Positions 7,304 through 16,882 of a stretch of DNA of 25,440 bases are shown here, piece by piece. The notes under the pieces are model-generated. The model was not told the origin of the DNA. It saw only the letters and a program-made list of their open reading frames with translations, and did not search any database. How positions within the stretch are numbered: the first letter of the stretch is position 1; the number at the start of each line of letters is the position of its first letter. The position numbers were made by a program, and so were the translations under genes. Origin of the DNA: Treponema sp. (GTDB lineage Bacteria; Spirochaetota; Spirochaetia; Treponematales; UBA12059); the NCBI GenBank assembly GCA_012517645.1, contig JAAYUR010000104.1, positions 1 through 25,440 of the forward strand, in the 5' to 3' direction.

Positions 7304-10252
7304 TTACAGCTGGAGTTGACGCACGGACAATTCCGGATGCGTCCGTTTCATCAATTCTATATCATCCCCGTGGGAAATCAATACCTCCGTCCTTTCCTTC
7401 CAGCCCGCAAGGAGGCGTCGTGCCGCGTCCCTCAAATCGTTCCGGGTCAATCCCAAGAGATCTTCCCGTTTTTTCCTGCGCATCTCGTCGGTAACGCGGA
7501 ACAGCTCCCTCTTGAAATCGATGAAGCCCTTCTCTTCGGGCATCATGGGCCGGAGGTCCCGTCCCGCCGCCCCCACGACGGCCCGTTCCAGGATGTCCGG
7601 GGCCGGTCCGTCCCCGGCCACGGATTCCAGCGCCCCGCGGTACGCCTCCAGGGAGGCGTTCGGGGCGGGGTCTCGATAGGAGGAGAAGCTGAAGGTGGAT
7701 TCCGACCCGTCCGTCCAGGCGGAAGCCCCGTATGCCCCTCCCTTGACCCGGATTTCGTCCCATAGGAAGCCCGTCGAAAGAAGGTGCCCCAGGGCTTGCT
7801 CGTGGGCGAAGCCCGGGGTGCCGATGGCGGAGGCCCGCAGGCTCACCGCGCTGAAACCCACCTGGGTCGGCAGGGACCAGGCCTCGTACCGGGACGGGGG
7901 GAAGGCCCGGGGAGCCGAATCCTCGCCGGGGTTCCCGAGGCTGTAGCCCTGGACGGAGCCCCCTGGAATGAGGGCCAGAGCCGACTCTACGGCCCGAACC
8001 GCGGGCTGCATGGCTTCCGGATCCGCGGTTAGGTTCACCCGGAGACCCTGCCGGACGACGATCGACCGTAAAAGGCCGGAAAGCCTATCGGCCAGGGCGT
8101 CGATTCCCGAATCCGATCGAAGCTCGGCGAGGGCGAGGAACTGGGACAACCCTCGCCAGCGCTCTTCGATCCCCTGGGCTCTGGAGAAGAGGGCGGCCGC
8201 CCGGGAGGACGCGAAGGAGCTGCCCGAGGGGATGATGGCGGAGGTCATGTCGTTGGCTAGTTCCGCGAGCAGGTCCGAAAGGCGCTTGCGGTCCGAGAAA
8301 TCCGGTTCCGTCATCAGGGGAAGGACAAGGGCCAGCGCGGAGGACAGCCTGCTTTCCAAGGCCTTCAGCCGGAAGATCATCCATGCGGAGGCGGAGTCCG
8401 AGGTGCCTCCGGCGGGCGTAGACGCCTGGAGGAGGACGTGGAACCCCCCGGCTCTTCGCGCCAACTCCCGGGAAACGTCCGCGTAGGAGCGGCCCGAAAG
8501 TCCGGCTCCGGATACGAAGCGGGCGAGCAGGGGCAGGAGGTCCAGGCCGTACTCCGGCAGGTCCTTCAGGGGGAAGGCGAAGTCCGTGTATACGATACCG
8601 TTCGTGAAGATCGGATGGAGGGAAGCCGATACCCCCGCCGTCTCCACGGACTCCCGGGGGATGATCTCGATATCCCGGGGAATATCCGACCTCCTGAGCA
8701 GGGGAATCGTGTCCCGGGCTTCCCGGCCCTCCCCGGATTCCTGGGACTCCCTCAGCCCCGCGGCGGTCCGGCGGATCTCCTCCTTCTGAGCCTCGGATAG
8801 ACTCCCTTCCAGGGCGTCCAAGGCGGCCCTGTGTTTCGCCCGCTGGGTCTCCGCCAAGGCCGGGTCGGGGTAGACCGTTACGGCGGCGCGGTGAGGGTTC
8901 TCAAGTATCCAGGTCCGGAGCCGTTCCTCCAGGTAGCGGGGTTCGGTTTCCATGCGGCGCCGGAGTTCGGCCAGAGGGGCTTCGAAGGAGAGGGTTTGAT
9001 CCGGGGTTCTCCCGTGGAGCCAGCCCCGGATGGCCCGGGACAGGAGCCTGAGGCCGTAGGTTCCTCCTCCCCGACGTATCTCCCGGGAGGAGAACTCGAT
9101 GGAATGGAAGGCGGCCTCCAGCAGGTCCCGGGGAATGCCCTCCCGGACCAGGGACTCCACGGTCCGTAGAATTAGGTTCTCGATCTCTGGTTCCCGTCCC
9201 CGCTCGACTCCCCGGAGTCCGGCGGAAAAGAGGGCCTGGCGAAGGCCGGTATCCAGGCCGCTATGGGGGGATAAGTCTTCCCCCAGGCCGGATTCCAAGA
9301 GAGCGTGCGCCAGGGGGGCACCGTCGGATCCCAGGAGGACTTCCCCCAGGACCTCCAGGGTCAGGTTGTCCACGCTCTCCTCGGGAGGGACGGTCAGCCA
9401 GGAGACCAGGGTCGTCGTGCGGGCTTCCGTCCCCTCCTCCGCCGGGAAGGGGAAGGAGGCCCGGACCGGCTCGGTGAACCGGGCTTGAAGGGGAATCTCC
9501 GTATCCGGCTCCCGCCGGACGTACCCGGAGAGGAATCGTTCTTCCAGGAACCCGAGCTGCCGTTCCGTGGGGATGGATCCGTGCAGGAAGATCCGGCAGT
9601 TGGACGGGTGGTAGTTCTTCTCCCAGAAGGAGCGGAAGGCCTCGTAGGTCAGATTCGGTATCCTCTCGGGATCTCCGCCGGAATCCGCGTGGTAGGGGTG
9701 CCCCGGAGAAAAGATCGTCTGGTAGGTCCGGGTGGCGATCAGGCTGTCGGGACTGGAGTAATCTCCCCTCATTTCGTTGTATACCACGCCCTTGCGGTCC
9801 AGTTTCCCGTCCGGGCCGTACTCGAGGTGGTGGGCTTCCTGAAGGAAGATGTCCGGGGTGATCCGGGGCCGGAAGACCGCGTCCCCGTACACGTCCAGGA
9901 GGTTGAAGTAGTCCGCCTCCACCGTGGACGCCGCAGGATAGAGGGTCTTGTCCGGGTAGGTGAGGGCGTTCAGGAAGGTGGCCAAGGTGCCCCGGGCCAG
10001 GGAGATGAAGGCGTCCTTCACGGGAAAGCGCTCGGAGCCGCACAGCACCGAGTGCTCCACGATGTGGGCCACCCCCGTTCCGTCCGGACTCGGCGTTCGG
10101 AAGCAGAAGGCGAAGGTGTTCTCCTCGTCGTCGGACCGGAGATGGAAGACCTCGCAGCCCGTCGCGCGATGGCGGAGATACACACCGAAGGAACGATACT
10201 CGGGCACAGGAAACTCGGAGAGGGTTTCGAAGGCGGGGTGGTAGGTTGTCAT
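7304..10252 (-). CDS. M16C insulinase-family metallopeptidase (presequence protease-like)
   Basis: 982 aa. Inverted zincin HIVEH (GVAHIVEHSVLCGSERFPVKD), FLNALTYPDKTLYP, GVVYNEMRG, DSGGDP, IRVKGGAYG, FSSYRDP. Confidence 0.93.
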   Translation of the reverse strand: MTTYHPAFETLSEFPVPEYRSFGVYLRHRATGCEVFHLRSDDEENTFAFCFRTPSPDGTGVAHIVEHSVLCGSERFPVKDAFISLARGTLATFLNALTYPDKTLYPAASTVEADYFNLLDVYGDAVFRPRITPDIFLQEAHHLEYGPDGKLDRKGVVYNEMRGDYSSPDSLIATRTYQTIFSPGHPYHADSGGDPERIPNLTYEAFRSFWEKNYHPSNCRIFLHGSIPTERQLGFLEERFLSGYVRREPDTEIPLQARFTEPVRASFPFPAEEGTEARTTTLVSWLTVPPEESVDNLTLEVLGEVLLGSDGAPLAHALLESGLGEDLSPHSGLDTGLRQALFSAGLRGVERGREPEIENLILRTVESLVREGIPRDLLEAAFHSIEFSSREIRRGGGTYGLRLLSRAIRGWLHGRTPDQTLSFEAPLAELRRRMETEPRYLEERLRTWILENPHRAAVTVYPDPALAETQRAKHRAALDALEGSLSEAQKEEIRRTAAGLRESQESGEGREARDTIPLLRRSDIPRDIEIIPRESVETAGVSASLHPIFTNGIVYTDFAFPLKDLPEYGLDLLPLLARFVSGAGLSGRSYADVSRELARRAGGFHVLLQASTPAGGTSDSASAWMIFRLKALESRLSSALALVLPLMTEPDFSDRKRLSDLLAELANDMTSAIIPSGSSFASSRAAALFSRAQGIEERWRGLSQFLALAELRSDSGIDALADRLSGLLRSIVVRQGLRVNLTADPEAMQPAVRAVESALALIPGGSVQGYSLGNPGEDSAPRAFPPSRYEAWSLPTQVGFSAVSLRASAIGTPGFAHEQALGHLLSTGFLWDEIRVKGGAYGASAWTDGSESTFSFSSYRDPAPNASLEAYRGALESVAGDGPAPDILERAVVGAAGRDLRPMMPEEKGFIDFKRELFRVTDEMRRKKREDLLGLTRNDLRDAARRLLAGWKERTEVLISHGDDIELMKRTHPELSVRQLQL

Positions 10253-10258
10253 GGGTAG

Positions 10259-10287
10259 AAGATGGAGGCTGGAGGGGAGAGAGTCAA
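10259..10287 (-). promoter_or_regulatory. sigma70-like promoter, probably leaderless, for the M16C gene
   Basis: Minus strand TTGACT (10287-10282), 17 nt, CATCTT (10264-10259), 6 nt, then ATG at 10252. No SD; the upstream sequence is pyrimidine-rich. Confidence 0.55.
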
Positions 10288-10297
10288 GCCGGAAGTA

Positions 10298-10417
10298 GTG
10301 AACCCTGGACAGTGGGCAGTAAACGGAAGCGGCATAATGAACGCGCCTGGGGTGTACGCCTCACCGAAGATATCGGACGCGCTCGGCCCCCGTTTCCGGC
10401 CACTGTTTACTGTCCAC
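10298..10417. repeat. Heptamer-arm inverted element, copy A
   Basis: Left arm gtgaacc ctggaca gtgggca gtaaacg (10298-10325), 71 bp spacer, right arm cggccac tgtttac tgtccac (10397-10417, reverse orientation). Confidence 0.8.
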
Positions 10418-10943
10418 TATGCACATACACGATCTTGTCCTCCCCGGCCTCCTCCCAGCGGGCCAGTACGAAGAGGAGATCGGACAGGCGGTTCATGTAT
10501 TTCCGAAGCGCGGGAGACACCTCGGACTCCCGGGCCAGGGTGAGTATGCGGCGTTCCGCCCTTCGGGCGACGGTTCGGGCGATGTCGAGCTTCGCGGACT
10601 GCACGGTGGAACCCGGGACGACGAAGCCCTTCAAGCCCAGCCGGCCTTCGAAGCGCTCCACGTACCCGAAGAGCCGCTCCTCGTCCCCCGGCAGTACGGG
10701 ATCCGTGAAGGGCTTCCCCCGGGAGGCCAGCTCCCCCGCAGCCCGGAAGAGGTCCCGCTGGATCTCCTCGAGGATGGATAGGGTTTCAGGCCGCTTGACC
10801 CAGTGCTTGGCCTCCCCCAGGAAGCTGGACAGCTCGTCCACGGTGCCGTAGGCTTCCACGCGCACATCGTCCTTGCGAACCCTCTCTCCGGACCATAGGT
10901 CCGTGAGACCCCCGTCTCCGGTCTTGGTCGAAATGGTGCTCAT
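10407..10943 (-). CDS. pduO: ATP:cob(I)alamin adenosyltransferase, PduO type
   Basis: 178 aa. ISTKTGDGGLT, RVEAYGTVDELSS, ARTVARRAER, YMNRLSDLLFVLAR. Confidence 0.92.
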   Translation of the reverse strand: MSTISTKTGDGGLTDLWSGERVRKDDVRVEAYGTVDELSSFLGEAKHWVKRPETLSILEEIQRDLFRAAGELASRGKPFTDPVLPGDEERLFGYVERFEGRLGLKGFVVPGSTVQSAKLDIARTVARRAERRILTLARESEVSPALRKYMNRLSDLLFVLARWEEAGEDKIVYVHSGQ

Positions 10944-10946
10944 CCT

Positions 10947-12173
10947 TCAGTCCACCAGGTCCTCGTCGCCTTCCAGCGACAACTCCCCGTCCTCCCAACG
11001 CTGTTTGAACCAGGCGAGGAACTCGCGGGTTCCCTTTTCCACATCCTCCCGGCGTTGGGCTCCCAGGATCTCGTACTCCTCCTGGATGATGAGACGCCGG
11101 GTCTGGGAAACGTTCTGGAAGATCTTGTCCCGGAAGGCGGCGCTCTTGCCCTTCAGGACCAGGGCGATCTCTCGCTCCGAGAGGTCCCTCAGGCGCTTCT
11201 GCACCTCCCGATCCGGCACCCGCAGGATGTCGTCCAGGGTGAACAGCCGCTCCCGGATGGAATCCGAGAGGTCCCGATTGTCCTCTTCCAGGTTGTTCAG
11301 GATGGTCTCTTCCAGGTTCGAGTCCACATGGCGCAGGATGTTCGCCAAGGCCGAGCGGCCGTCCACCTCCTCGGTGGCGGAATGCCCGATGCGGCGGATC
11401 TTTTCCCGGATGCCCTCTTCCATGCGGCGAAGGACCTCGGGATCCACCTTTTCCAGCCGGGCTATGCGGCGGACGACCTCGGTGCGGACGGGATCCCCGA
11501 GGCTCACGATCACGGCGCTGGCAAGCCGGGGTTCCAGGTAGGGCAGCAGGACGCTCATGACCTCCGGAGACTCGTTTCGAAGGAGGGCGACAAGCTCCTT
11601 GGGATCGAAGTCGTTCAGGAACTGGAAGGGCTTTGCGGACTCGGGAACCGCTTTTCGGAGGAGTTCCCGGGCCTTGTCGTCCCCGAATGCGGCGGCCAAC
11701 ATCCGCTGGGCGGTTTCCGCTCCGCCTTCGATGGACGCGCCCTGGGTTTTTACGAGCCATCCGAACTCCGTAAGGATCTCGTTGGCCTCGATGGTGTCTA
11801 TCCGGTCTATGCCGGCGATGGCCCGGGAAACCCGCTCGATCTCGTCGGGCTTCATGTGACGGATGACCTTGGCGGCCTCCTCCTGGCCGAGGAGGAGCAA
11901 AAACTTGGCGGCCTTCTCTATGCCGGGCACGCCCGTCTTGAGGAGGGCCTCGGCCTTTTCCGCCCCGAAGTCCGCGGTAGGCCGGGGAGAGGAAGAGGGT
12001 TCCCCTCGGGATTCCTTCGTTCCCTTCCCGCCGACGGTCTTGGATGTTCCCGTTCTCTTGCGTCGGTCCGCCGGGCGGGACGGCTCGGGAGACTCGGATC
12101 CTCCCGGGGGGGACGGGGAGGCGGGACCCGGTTTCCCGCGGTAGGCTTTTTCCAGTCTATCTTTCATGTTCAT
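10947..12173 (-). CDS. fliG: FliG-family flagellar motor switch protein, divergent orphan paralogue
   Basis: GIEKAAKFLLLLGQEEAAKVIRHM..DEIERVSRAIA, KPFQFL, LFTLDDI, REIALVLKG, KIFQNVSQTR. The track's TTG start (12212) coincides with a -35 box, so ATG 12173 or 12167 is preferred. Confidence 0.85.
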   Translation of the reverse strand: MNMKDRLEKAYRGKPGPASPSPPGGSESPEPSRPADRRKRTGTSKTVGGKGTKESRGEPSSSPRPTADFGAEKAEALLKTGVPGIEKAAKFLLLLGQEEAAKVIRHMKPDEIERVSRAIAGIDRIDTIEANEILTEFGWLVKTQGASIEGGAETAQRMLAAAFGDDKARELLRKAVPESAKPFQFLNDFDPKELVALLRNESPEVMSVLLPYLEPRLASAVIVSLGDPVRTEVVRRIARLEKVDPEVLRRMEEGIREKIRRIGHSATEEVDGRSALANILRHVDSNLEETILNNLEEDNRDLSDSIRERLFTLDDILRVPDREVQKRLRDLSEREIALVLKGKSAAFRDKIFQNVSQTRRLIIQEEYEILGAQRREDVEKGTREFLAWFKQRWEDGELSLEGDEDLVD

Positions 12174-12183
12174 ATCGAATCCC

Positions 12184-12212
12184 ATAGTATACGGGGCTTG
12201 CCGAGCGGTCAA
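12184..12212 (-). promoter_or_regulatory. sigma70-like promoter for fliG-pduO
   Basis: Minus strand TTGACC (12212-12207), 17 nt, TACTAT (12189-12184). Confidence 0.65.
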
Positions 12213-12239
12213 TGAGACGGGTCGACATGCTGCGGTCCA

Positions 12240-13307
12240 CTATGGGAAGGGTCGATTCTCGAGTCGGGCTCGAAGTTCCCCGGCCATGGCCTCGGGGAGG
12301 GGCAGGGGATCCCGGAATCTGGGCCGGTCCGGTTTCCCTTCCGCGTCCCCGACGTTCAGGGTTCCGTTTCCGGCGGTCTCCGCGAGATGCGGAGGCGCGA
12401 AGCGGCCGCGCAGTCCTTCCAGCACGGCCCGGACCACGCCGGAGGCCTCGGTTTCCGCGGCTTCGCAGAGCTCGAAGAACCCTTCCCGCCGCTCGGCCCC
12501 TCCCGTGCAGGGGTGGACCCAGGTCCGGCCCCCTTCGGCGGCCCAGTCCACGCTCCGGTCGAAGGCCACAGGGTATAGGACCGAGACGATCCGCAGGCCC
12601 TGGGGCCCCCGGAGGTGTCTCAGGAATTCCGAATCCTGTCCCGGTCCCCCGGGGCTCAAGGCCGTCACCGAGGGATTCGTAAGCTGAAGGAAGCGGCGGG
12701 TATCCGCCAGGGCGTTCGCGATCCGGGAAGGCAGGCGGGGGTCTCCGGCGGTCTCCGAGGGGTAGGCCCGCCGGAGGGCGGCGGTCATGCGGGCCGGGAA
12801 TTCCTGCGGGAGATCCTCCTCGGGCACCAGCATCGCCCGAGCGTCGAAGGAGGATACCGGCGTTCCGGTCCTCCGTTCCCAGAGCAGGACGTCCAGTATC
12901 CGTTCCAGGAAGGCGTGGCAGCCCCGGAACCGGTCCGTCTCGGGCTTCCCCGGCTCGGTCCATCCGGAGCCGTGGACGATGTAGGGATGGGCGGCCCTGT
13001 CCAGGGCTCCATGGGTCGCGAATCCCAACAGGAAAGCCGCCCACGGGGAGTACGGATCTCCGTCGTCCCGGACCCAGGCATCCAGCATCCCCTCCAGGAG
13101 GCGGCCGTAGCCCCTCCTATGGACCAGGACGCCGTAGTGGAGGGCCAGAGGGCGGGTCCGCTGGCTGTGATAGAAGATGTCCGGTCCCTGGCAGCCCAGG
13201 CGGAAGACGGGACCGAGGGGGCCGGAGAGCAGGATCCGGGCTTGACCGGGATCCGCACGGATCAGGGCCGCTTCCCCCGTCAGGGCGTGGGCGATCTGGG
13301 AGGGCAT
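12240..13307 (-). CDS. Zinc-dependent phospholipase C family-like protein
   Basis: MPSQIAH at the N-terminus, LGCQGPDIFYH, FLLGFATHGALDRAAHPYI, HAFLERILD match the metal-ligand pattern of the family. ATG 13307 is preferred over the track start 13382, which lies in the divergent promoter region. Confidence 0.7.
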   Translation of the reverse strand: MPSQIAHALTGEAALIRADPGQARILLSGPLGPVFRLGCQGPDIFYHSQRTRPLALHYGVLVHRRGYGRLLEGMLDAWVRDDGDPYSPWAAFLLGFATHGALDRAAHPYIVHGSGWTEPGKPETDRFRGCHAFLERILDVLLWERRTGTPVSSFDARAMLVPEEDLPQEFPARMTAALRRAYPSETAGDPRLPSRIANALADTRRFLQLTNPSVTALSPGGPGQDSEFLRHLRGPQGLRIVSVLYPVAFDRSVDWAAEGGRTWVHPCTGGAERREGFFELCEAAETEASGVVRAVLEGLRGRFAPPHLAETAGNGTLNVGDAEGKPDRPRFRDPLPLPEAMAGELRARLENRPFP

Positions 13308-13315
13308 ATACGTAG

Positions 13316-13344
13316 AAAATACTCCGGGACCTCGTTCCATGGAA
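13316..13344 (-). promoter_or_regulatory. Possible promoter for the PLC-like gene (near-leaderless)
   Basis: Minus strand TTCCAT (13344-13339), 17 nt, TATTTT (13321-13316), 8 nt before ATG 13307; no SD. Confidence 0.4.
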
Positions 13345-13353
13345 GGTCCTTCG

Positions 13354-13382
13354 TTGGCTTTTTTCGAGAAACCAAGTATCAT
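13354..13382 (+). promoter_or_regulatory. sigma70-like promoter for htrA
   Basis: TTGGCT (13354-59), 17 nt, TATCAT (13377-82), followed by a GGAGG RBS and ATG 13403. Confidence 0.65.
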
Positions 13383-13402
13383 GATATCCGGAGGAGATCC
13401 CT

Positions 13403-14665
13403 ATGAGGCTCTATTCCCGCGGACAGGTCGTGTTGTTCTCGGTTTGTTCCTTCGCCGTGGCCTTGCTGGCAGCCTTCGGTCTCGGATTGCTGCGTCTTCC
13501 GGTCCCCGGGAAACCCGCGGCAGGTGACGCGGCCCCCGCCTCCCTGGAGAGGTACGACACCCGCGCTCCGGCCGTCCCGTCCGAGCCCGGCGTCATCTCG
13601 TCCCCCCACATCCTTACCGCCGACACCTTACAGGAGTACACCCAGGACGAGCGGGAAAACATCAGCGTCTACGAGAGACTCAACTCCGGGGTGGTCAACA
13701 TCACGACCGAAGTCGTCTCCATCAACTATTTTCTGGAACCCGTTCCCAGCGCAGGCGGATCCGGTTCCGGGTCCATCATCGATCCGGCGGGCTATGTCCT
13801 GACCAACTACCACGTGGTCAAGGACGCTTTCAAGGTGTACGTAAATCTCTCGGACGGAAGCCGGTACGAGGGAAAGGTGCAGGGCACCGACGAGGAGAAC
13901 GACCTGGCGGTCCTTAAGTTCGATCCCCCCAAGGACCGAAGGCTTACGGTCATCCCCTACGGAGACTCCTCGGGGCTCCGGGTCGGTCAGAAGGTGCTCG
14001 CGATCGGCAACCCCTTCGGCCTGGAGCGCACCCTTACCCGGGGTATCGTCTCCGGGATCGGCCGTCCCGTCCAGCAGGATTCCAAAACCATCATCCGGGA
14101 CATGATCCAGACCGACGCGTCCATCAACCCCGGTAACTCCGGAGGTCCTCTGCTCAATTCCCGGGGGGAGATGATCGGCATCAACACCATGATCTATTCC
14201 CCCTCGGGGGGCTCCGTGGGAGTGGGCTTCGCCGTGCCCGTGAACACCGCCAAGCGGGTCGTGCCGGACCTCATCCGGTACGGCATGGTCAAGCGGGGAT
14301 GGATCGACATCACCGCGATCCAGCTCTTCCCCGCCCTGGTGGAGTTCATGAAGGAACGGGGATACCCCGTGCCGGTGGAGCAGGGCCTCCTGGTCTCCCA
14401 AGCCCGGCGGAACGGGAACGCCGACCGCGCGGGTATCCGGGGCGGTTCGACCCCCGCCCGGTATTACTCCAGCGTGTTCTACGTCGGCGGGGACATCATC
14501 ACCGCCGTCGCGGGCAAGAAGGTGGCCAGCATCGCGGACCTATATTCCGCGCTGGAGGACACCAAGCCCGGGCAGGAGGTGGAGGTGGAGTACTTCCGTT
14601 CCGGCAGGAAGCTCACCGTCAAGCTTGCCCTCTCGGACCGCGCGGATTACAGGAAGCAGGAGTAG
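13403..14665 (+). CDS. htrA: HtrA/DegP-family trypsin-like serine protease with one PDZ domain
   Basis: 420 aa. N-terminal hydrophobic anchor, GSGSII, LTNYHVV (His), DLAVLK (Asp), IQTDASINPGNSGGPLL (Ser), C-terminal PDZ (GDIITAV). Confidence 0.93.
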   Translation: MRLYSRGQVVLFSVCSFAVALLAAFGLGLLRLPVPGKPAAGDAAPASLERYDTRAPAVPSEPGVISSPHILTADTLQEYTQDERENISVYERLNSGVVNITTEVVSINYFLEPVPSAGGSGSGSIIDPAGYVLTNYHVVKDAFKVYVNLSDGSRYEGKVQGTDEENDLAVLKFDPPKDRRLTVIPYGDSSGLRVGQKVLAIGNPFGLERTLTRGIVSGIGRPVQQDSKTIIRDMIQTDASINPGNSGGPLLNSRGEMIGINTMIYSPSGGSVGVGFAVPVNTAKRVVPDLIRYGMVKRGWIDITAIQLFPALVEFMKERGYPVPVEQGLLVSQARRNGNADRAGIRGGSTPARYYSSVFYVGGDIITAVAGKKVASIADLYSALEDTKPGQEVEVEYFRSGRKLTVKLALSDRADYRKQE

Positions 14666-14691
14666 GCCGCGGGAAGCGCCTACCGGGACTC

Positions 14692-14763
14692 ACCACGGAG
14701 CTCACGGAGAGCACGGAGCCGGACGTACCGCGTAATTTCGGACGGGACAGGATAGACAGGATA
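14692..14763 (+). repeat. Two 9-mer tandem repeat tracts between htrA and uvrB
   Basis: accacggag ctcacggag agcacggag (14692-14718) and gacaggata gacaggata (14746-14763). Confidence 0.8.
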
Positions 14764-14771
14764 GGGAGAGG

Positions 14772-14813
14772 ATGAAACCATTTAAGGTAGTCGCGCCCTA
14801 CGGTCCGGCCGGA
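14772..14813 (+). repeat. Synonymously diverged duplicate of uvrB codons 1-14; opens a 43-aa ORF 14772-14903
   Basis: ATGAAACCATTTAAGGTAGTCGCGCCCTACGGTCCGGCCGGA versus uvrB 14890-14931 ATGAAGCCGTTTAAGGTAGTCGCACCCTACGGCCCCGCGGGC: 35/42 nt identical and the same peptide, MKPFKVVAPYGPAG. Confidence 0.9.
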
Positions 14814-14889
14814 GTATCGCACGCCGCGGAAGCGGCGCCGTACAATCCGATTCCCCGCGATCCGGCCGCGGGGCCGCGCGAGGGATTCC

Positions 14890-16881
<1,992 letters not shown>

Positions 16882-16882
16882 C

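Noticed and set aside
10326-10396. Cobalamin riboswitch associated with pduO
   Set aside because: The region is downstream of the gene, too short, and lacks a B12-box.
10296-10419. TA dinucleotides flanking copy A as a target-site duplication
   Set aside because: Not present at copies B or C, and TA is self-complementary, so it simply extends the inverted repeat.
12234-12244. Single heptamer unit at the PLC-like stop, sharing 10 nt (gtccactatg) with the pduO end; another single unit at the fliG stop
   Set aside because: Single units with no array or inverted partner; matches of 7-10 nt are expected by chance in 25 kb. It could be a decayed copy but is unsupported.
14299-14775. Frameshifted C-terminal extension of HtrA through the 9-mer repeats
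   Set aside because: HtrA ends normally after a complete PDZ domain, and I saw no slippery site or start codon supporting this frame.
14666-14889. LexA/SOS box upstream of uvrB
   Set aside because: No palindrome matching the LexA motifs I know (CTGT-N8-ACAG, GAAC-N4-GTTC); a lineage-specific motif cannot be excluded.
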